A DNA stretch of 64,000 nucleotides, taken from the human T2T-CHM13v2.0 reference genome, Homo sapiens. Below are positions 58,711 to 64,000 of this stretch, piece after piece. Numbering within the stretch: position 1 is the stretch's first letter; each line of letters starts with the position of its first letter. Both the position numbers and the translations under genes were made by a program. The stretch lies in the NCBI RefSeq assembly GCF_009914755.1, contig NC_060928.1; one strand, 5' to 3'. The notes beneath the pieces are model-generated. The model had not been told where the DNA came from. It ran no database searches and saw only the letters and a program-made list of their open reading frames with translations.

Positions 58711-59592
58711 TCCCAGTAGTAGCAACTTCTTTGCTAACAAAAGAAAGTAGAAAATTAGCCTTTAGAGGAAACCTCATTGTGAGCACACCTCACAGTTCAG
58801 AACTATCCTAAGTAAAAAAAAAAGCAAAAAGGGTAGCTTACTAACTCAAAAATCTTAAAGTATAGAGCTATTCTGTTTAAAAAAAGATAATTTAACATTA
58901 ACCACTGAAAATTCCCTTAACCCAGCAGATTTCCTAACAGGGGATTTAAATCTTAATTACCATACAAAGGTCCAACCAGACCTAGGAGGAACCCCCTTTA
59001 GGACAGGAAGATAGATGGTTCCTCCCAGGTGATTGAGAAAAAAAACACAATGGGTATTCAGTAATTGAGGGAAACTCTTGTAGAAGCAGAGTTAGGAAAA
59101 TTGCCTAATAATTGGGTCTGCTCAAACGTGGGAGCTGTTTGCACTCAGCCAAGCCTTAAAGTACTTACAGAATAAAAAAACTCTGTCTCAATCCTGACTC
59201 AAAAGATTATCCACACCCTCTCTGAAATGAATTTGCATAAGAACTGTTGTTTGTGGGAATGCATCTTGATGGGGGAACTGGGTTGTTAGGAAATACTCAG
59301 GAACCCAGCCCAGCTCTAGAACTCACCTCTGAGCGCAAAGGCAATGTTGGGCACACTGGTAAAGGACCACTAGAATCCAGCAGCCCAGAGCCCTTTCTTT
59401 GTGGTCAAGAAAGGCGGGAAAACAGGTGCAGGACTGCTACGTTGGTGAGCGTAACTAATCTGATAAGCAGAGGTCCATGGGTGGTTACGCACCCTGGAAA
59501 AGAATAAGCATTAGGACCATAGAGGACGCTCTAGGACTAATGCTCATCGGAAAATAACTAGGGGTGCTGGCATCCCTGTGTTATTTTTTCAG

Positions 59593-61064
59593 ATGGGAAA
59601 TGTTCCCCCTAAGGCAAAAACACCCCTAAGATGTATTCTGGAGAATTGGGACCAATTTGACCCTCAGATGCTAAGAAAGAAGTGACTTATATTCTTCTGC
59701 AGTACCGCCTGGCCATGATATCCTCTTCAAGGGAGAGAAACCTGGCCTCCTCAGGGAAGTATAAATTATAACACCATCTTACAGCTAGACCTCTTTTGTA
59801 GAAAAGAAGGCAAATGGAGTGAAGTGCCATATGTACAAACTTTCTTTTCATTAAGAGACAACTCGCAATTATGTAAAAAGTGTGATTTATGCCCTACAGG
59901 AAGCCCTCAGAGTCTACCTCCCTATCTACCTCCTTACCCCGGCATCCCCCCGCCCCCCCACTCCTTCCTCAACTAATAAGGACCCCCCCTTCAACCCAAA
60001 CTATCCAAAAGGAGATAGACAAAGGGGCAAACAATGAACCAAAGAGTGCCAATATTCCCTGATTATGCCCCCTCCAAGCGGTGGGAGGAGGAGAATTTGG
60101 CCCAGCCAGAGTGCATGTACCTTTTTCTCTCTCAGACTTTAAAATAGACCTAGGTAAATTCTCAGATAACCCTGATGGCTATATTGATGTTTTACAAGGG
60201 TTAGGACAATCCTTTGATCTGACATGGAGAGATATGATGTTACTGCTAAATCAGACACTAACCCCAAATGAGAGAAGTGCCGCCATAAACTGCAGCCCGA
60301 GAGTTTGGTGATCTCTGGTATCTCAGTCAGGTCAATGATAGGATAGCAACAGAGGAAAGAGAACGATTCCCCACAGGCCAGCAGGCAGTTCCCAGTGTAG
60401 ACCCTCACTGGGACACAGAATCAGAACATGGAGATTGGTGCCGCAGACATTTACTAACTTGCGTGCTAGAAGGACTAAGGAAAACTAGGAAGAAGCCTAT
60501 GAATTATTCAATGATGTCCACTATAACACAGGGAAAGGAAGAAAATCCTACTGCCTTTCTGGAGAGACTAAGGGAGGCATTGAGAAAGCATACCTCTCTG
60601 TCACCTGTCTCTATTGAAGGCCAACTAATCTTAAAGGATAAGTTTGTCACTCAGCCAGCTGCAGACATTAGAAAAAAACTTCAAAAGTCCGCCTTAGGCC
60701 CGGAGCAAAACTTAGAAACCCTATTGAACTTGGCAACCTCGGTTTTTTATAATAGAATCAGGAGGAGCAGGTGGAACGTGGTAAACGAGATTAAAAAAAG
60801 GCCACCGCTTTAGTCATGGCCCTCAGGCAAGCGGACTTTGGAGCCTCTGGAAAAGGGAAAAGCTGGGCAAATCGAATGCCTAATAAGGCTTGCTTCCAGT
60901 GCGGTCTACAAGGACACTTTAAAAGAGATTGTCCAAATAGAAATAAGCCGCCCCCTCGTCCATGCCCCTTATGTCAGGGGAATCACTGGAAGGTCCACTG
61001 CCCCAGGGGACGAAGGTCCTCTGAGTCAGAAGCCACTAACCAGATGATCCAGCAGCAGGACTGA
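59593..61064 (+). pseudogene. HERV-W gag, disrupted
   Basis: MGNVPPKAKTPLRCILENWDQF, stop at codon 31 (59683-59685), further stops/frameshifts; MHR-like ITQGKEENPTAFLERL; zinc knuckles [14 protein letters not shown] and [13 protein letters not shown]. Confidence 0.93.
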
Positions 61065-61597
61065 GGGTGCCCAGGGCAAGTGCCAGCCCATGCCATCACC
61101 CTCTCAGAGCCCCAGGTATGCTTGACCATTGAGGGCCAGGAAGTTAACTGTCTCCTGGACACTGGCACAGCCTTCTCAGTTTTACTCTCCTGTCCCGGAC
61201 AACTGTCCTCCAGATCTGTCACTATCCGAGGGGTCCTAGGACGGCCAGTTACTAGATACTTCCCCCAGCCACTAAGTTGTGACTGAAGACCTTTACTCTT
61301 TTCACATGCCTTTCTAATTATGCCTGAAAGCCCCACTCCCTTGTTAGGGAGAGACATTCTAGCAAAAGCAGGGGCCATTATACACCTGAACGTAGGAGAA
61401 GGAACACCTGTTTGTTGTCCCCTGCTTGAGGAAGGAATTAATCCTAAAGTCTGGGCAACAGAAGGACAATATGGATGAGCAAAGAATGCCCATCCTGTTC
61501 AAGTTAAACTAAAGGATTCCACCTCCTTTCCCTACCAAAGGCAGTACCCCCTTAGACCCGAGGCCCAACAAGGACTCCAAAAGATTGTTAAGGACCT
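61065..61597 (+). pseudogene. HERV-W protease and start of pol, disrupted and truncated
   Basis: LLDTGTAFS aspartyl-protease motif, PTPLLGRDIL, QRQYPLRPEA; in-frame stop at 61284-61286; ends at the deletion junction. Confidence 0.9.
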
Positions 61598-62559
61598 CTT
61601 GTTTCCAATCTGGAGATAATCCATACCCCAAACCTCACCTGTGTAAATGTTAGCAATTCTATAGACACAACCAACTCCCAATGCATCAGGTGGGTAACTC
61701 CTCCCACACAAATGGTCTGCCTACCCTCAGGAATATTTTTTGTCTGTAGTACCTCAGCCTATCATTGTTTAAATGGCTCTTCAGAATCTATGTGCTTCCT
61801 CTCATTCTTAGTGCCCCCATGACCATCTACACAGAACAAGATTTATACAATTATGTTGTACCTAAGCCCTGCACCAAAAGAGTACCCATTCTTCCTTTTG
61901 TTACCGGAGCAGGAGTGCTAGGCAGACTAGGTACTGGCATTGGTGGTATCACAACCTCTACTCAGTTCTACTATAAACTATCTCAAGAACTAAATGGTGA
62001 CATGGAATGGGTCGCCAACTCACCAGTCACCTTGCAAGATCAACTTAACTTCCTAGCAGCAGTAGTCCTTCAAAATCAAAGAGTTTTAGACTTGCTAACT
62101 GCCGAAAGAGGGGAAACCTGTTTATTTTTAGGGGAAGAATGCTCTTATTATGTTAATCAATCCGGAATCGTCACCGAGAAAGTTAAAGAAATTCGAGATC
62201 GAATACAACGTAGAGCAGAGGAGCTTCAAAACACCAGACCCTGGGACCTCCTCAGCCAATGGGTGTCCTGGATTCTTCCTTTCTTAGGACCTCTAGCAGT
62301 TATAATATTGTTACTTCTCTTTGGACCCTGCATCTTTAACCTGCTTGTTAAGTTTGTCTCTTCCAGAATTGAAGCTGTAAAGCTACAAATGATTCTTCAA
62401 ATGGAGCCCCAGAGGCAGTCCATGACTAAAATCTACTGCGGACCCTTAGACCGGCCTGCCAGCCCATGCTCCAATGTTGATGACATCCAAGGTACCCCTC
62501 CGGAGGAAATCTCAACTGCACAACTCCTACTGTGCCCCAATTCAGCAGGAAGCAGTTAG
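61592..62559 (+). pseudogene. HERV-W env 3' portion (SU C-terminus + complete TM); open ATG-led frame 61819-62559 (246 aa)
   Basis: Fusion peptide VPILPFVTGAGVLG, ISD LQNQRVLDLLTAERGET, membrane anchor, tail ending PNSAGSS; 1-nt frameshift near 61818. A paralogue of syncytin-1, not ERVW-1 itself. Confidence 0.92.
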
Positions 62560-62617
62560 AGCGGTCATCGACAGACCTCCCCAACAGCACTTAGGTTTTC
62601 CTGATGAGAGGGGGAAC

Positions 62618-63333
62618 TGAGAGACGGGACTAGTTGGATTTCCTAGGCCGACTAAGAATCCATAAGCCTAGCTGGGAAGGTGACAGCATCCACCTTTAAA
62701 CACGGGGCTTGCAACTTAGCTCACACCAGACCAATCAGGTAGTAAAGAGAGCTCACTAAACTGCTAACTAGGCTAAAACAGGAGGTAAAGAAATAGCCAA
62801 TCATCTATCTCCTGAGAGCACAGCGGGAGGGACAATGATCGGGATATAAACCCAGGCATTTGAGCCAGCAAAGGCAACCCCCTTTGGGTCCCCTCCCGTT
62901 GTATGGGAGCTCTGTTTTCACTCTATTAAATCTTGCAACTGTACACTCTCAGGTCTGTGTTTGTTCCGGTTCGAACTGAGCTTTCGCTCGCCATCCACCA
63001 CTGCTGATTGCTGTCGTCGCAGATGCCGCCGCTGACTTCCACCCCTCCGGATCCGGCAGGATGTCCACTGCACTTCTGATCCAGTGAGGCAGCGCCCACT
63101 GCTGCTCCCAATCAGGCTAGAGGCTCACCATTGTTCCTGCGTCAGCTAAGTGCCTGGGGTTCATCCTAATCAAACTGAAGAGAGCTATAACACTCATTGC
63201 ATGGCCCAAGATTCCATTCCTTGGAATCCGTGAGGCCAAGAACCCCAGGTCAGAGAACAAGAGGCTTGCTGCCATCTTGGAAGTGGCCTGCCACCATCTT
63301 GGGAGCTTTAAGAACAAGGACCCCCCAGTAACA
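62618..63333 (+). repeat. 3' LTR17
   Basis: Direct repeat of the 5' LTR (about 7-9% diverged by eye); TATAAA 62845-62850, ATTAAA 62925-62930. Confidence 0.95.
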
Positions 63334-63815
63334 CCATGATTCAATTACCTCCCACTGGGTCCCTCCCATGACACATGGGAGTTATGGGAACTACAGTTCA
63401 AGATGAGATTTGGGTGGAAACACAGCCAGACCATATAAGGCCTGTGGCCACAGCATGTCTGACTGTTGGAAGAACACAAGGAGGCAGAGGGACGAACAGA
63501 GAGAAGGAAAGGTGTAAAGGCAGACCTTGTTAGGCCTTGTAAAGCATTTTAATGATTGGGGTTTTTAGTCTGAGTACAAGGAGTTCTGAGTGCTGAGTGA
63601 TGAGTGCTGAAGGGTTTTAAGCAGAAGAGAGATGACGATGTAAGCTTTTTTTTTTTTTTTTTTTAAGACAGGGTCTCACTCTGTTGCCCAGGCTACAGTG
63701 CAGTGGCACAATCTCAGGGCCCCCTGCAGCCTTGACCTCCCAGGCTCAGGTGATCTTCCCTCCTCAGCCTCCTGGGTAGCTGGGACTACAGGTGTGTGCC
63801 ACCATGCCTGGCTAA

Positions 63816-63995
<180 letters not shown>

Positions 63996-64000
63996 TGATG

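Larger units (their letters stand above)
56914..63333 (+). mobile_element. HERV-W (HERV17/LTR17) provirus with a large internal pol-env deletion
   Basis: Two ~715-bp TG...CA LTRs, PBS, AG-rich pre-gag leader, gag/pro/pol remnants, syncytin-like env TM, PPT GAGAGGGGGAAC (62606-62617), 4-bp TSD CCAC/CCAT. Confidence 0.96.
56643..63438 (-). mobile_element. THE1-type MaLR solo LTR split by the provirus (56643-56913 and 63334-63438)
   Basis: TGTATTAG...ACCACCCCCAC | CCATGATTCAATTACCTCCCACTGGGTCCCTCCCATGACAC...ACCATATAA; 5-bp TSD GGCCC/GGCCT. Subfamily and strand follow my recollection of the consensus. Confidence 0.85.

Noticed and set aside
61561-61821. In-frame Pol-Env fusion protein across the deletion
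   Set aside because: The pol and env frames differ by one base at the junction, and upstream pro/pol already contain stops.
61765-62559. Calling the env ORF syncytin-1 (ERVW-1)
   Set aside because: No signal peptide or 5' SU, a frameshift near 61818, mutated furin and CX6CC motifs, retained LQMI segment, and the wrong gene neighbourhood. The first 18 aa of the listed ORF are off-frame sequence.

Overview
Primate (human-like) genomic DNA that I recognise as the HNRNPDL-ENOPH1 locus (human 4q21). It holds the complete HNRNPDL gene on the minus strand (7 coding exons, 1263 nt = 420 aa, plus a 105-nt NMD 'poison' exon in the 3'UTR) and the complete ENOPH1 gene on the plus strand (6 exons, 786 nt = 261 aa). 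The two genes lie head-to-head across one CpG island. The rest is very Alu-rich (including two AluYa5 and one AluYb8) with L1, L2, MaLR, LTR8-like and DNA-transposon fossils. At 56914-63333 there is a two-LTR HERV-W (LTR17) provirus nested in a THE1 LTR, which is nested in an L2. It has lost most of pol and the 5' part of env at a 7-nt microhomology but keeps an open 246-codon env TM frame. I found no clearly new biological system. The most interesting items are a full TATA/CCAAT/GC/TCT/YY1 core promoter written inside the HNRNPDL long-isoform coding sequence, the poison exon, the provirus anatomy (Arg-type PBS, pre-gag ORF, open TM ORF), young inverted Alus around ENOPH1 exon 2, paired CTCF-like motifs, and several small duplications and hairpins. 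Repeat-family names and comparisons with consensus or reference sequences come from memory, not a search. Boundaries of old repeats are approximate.
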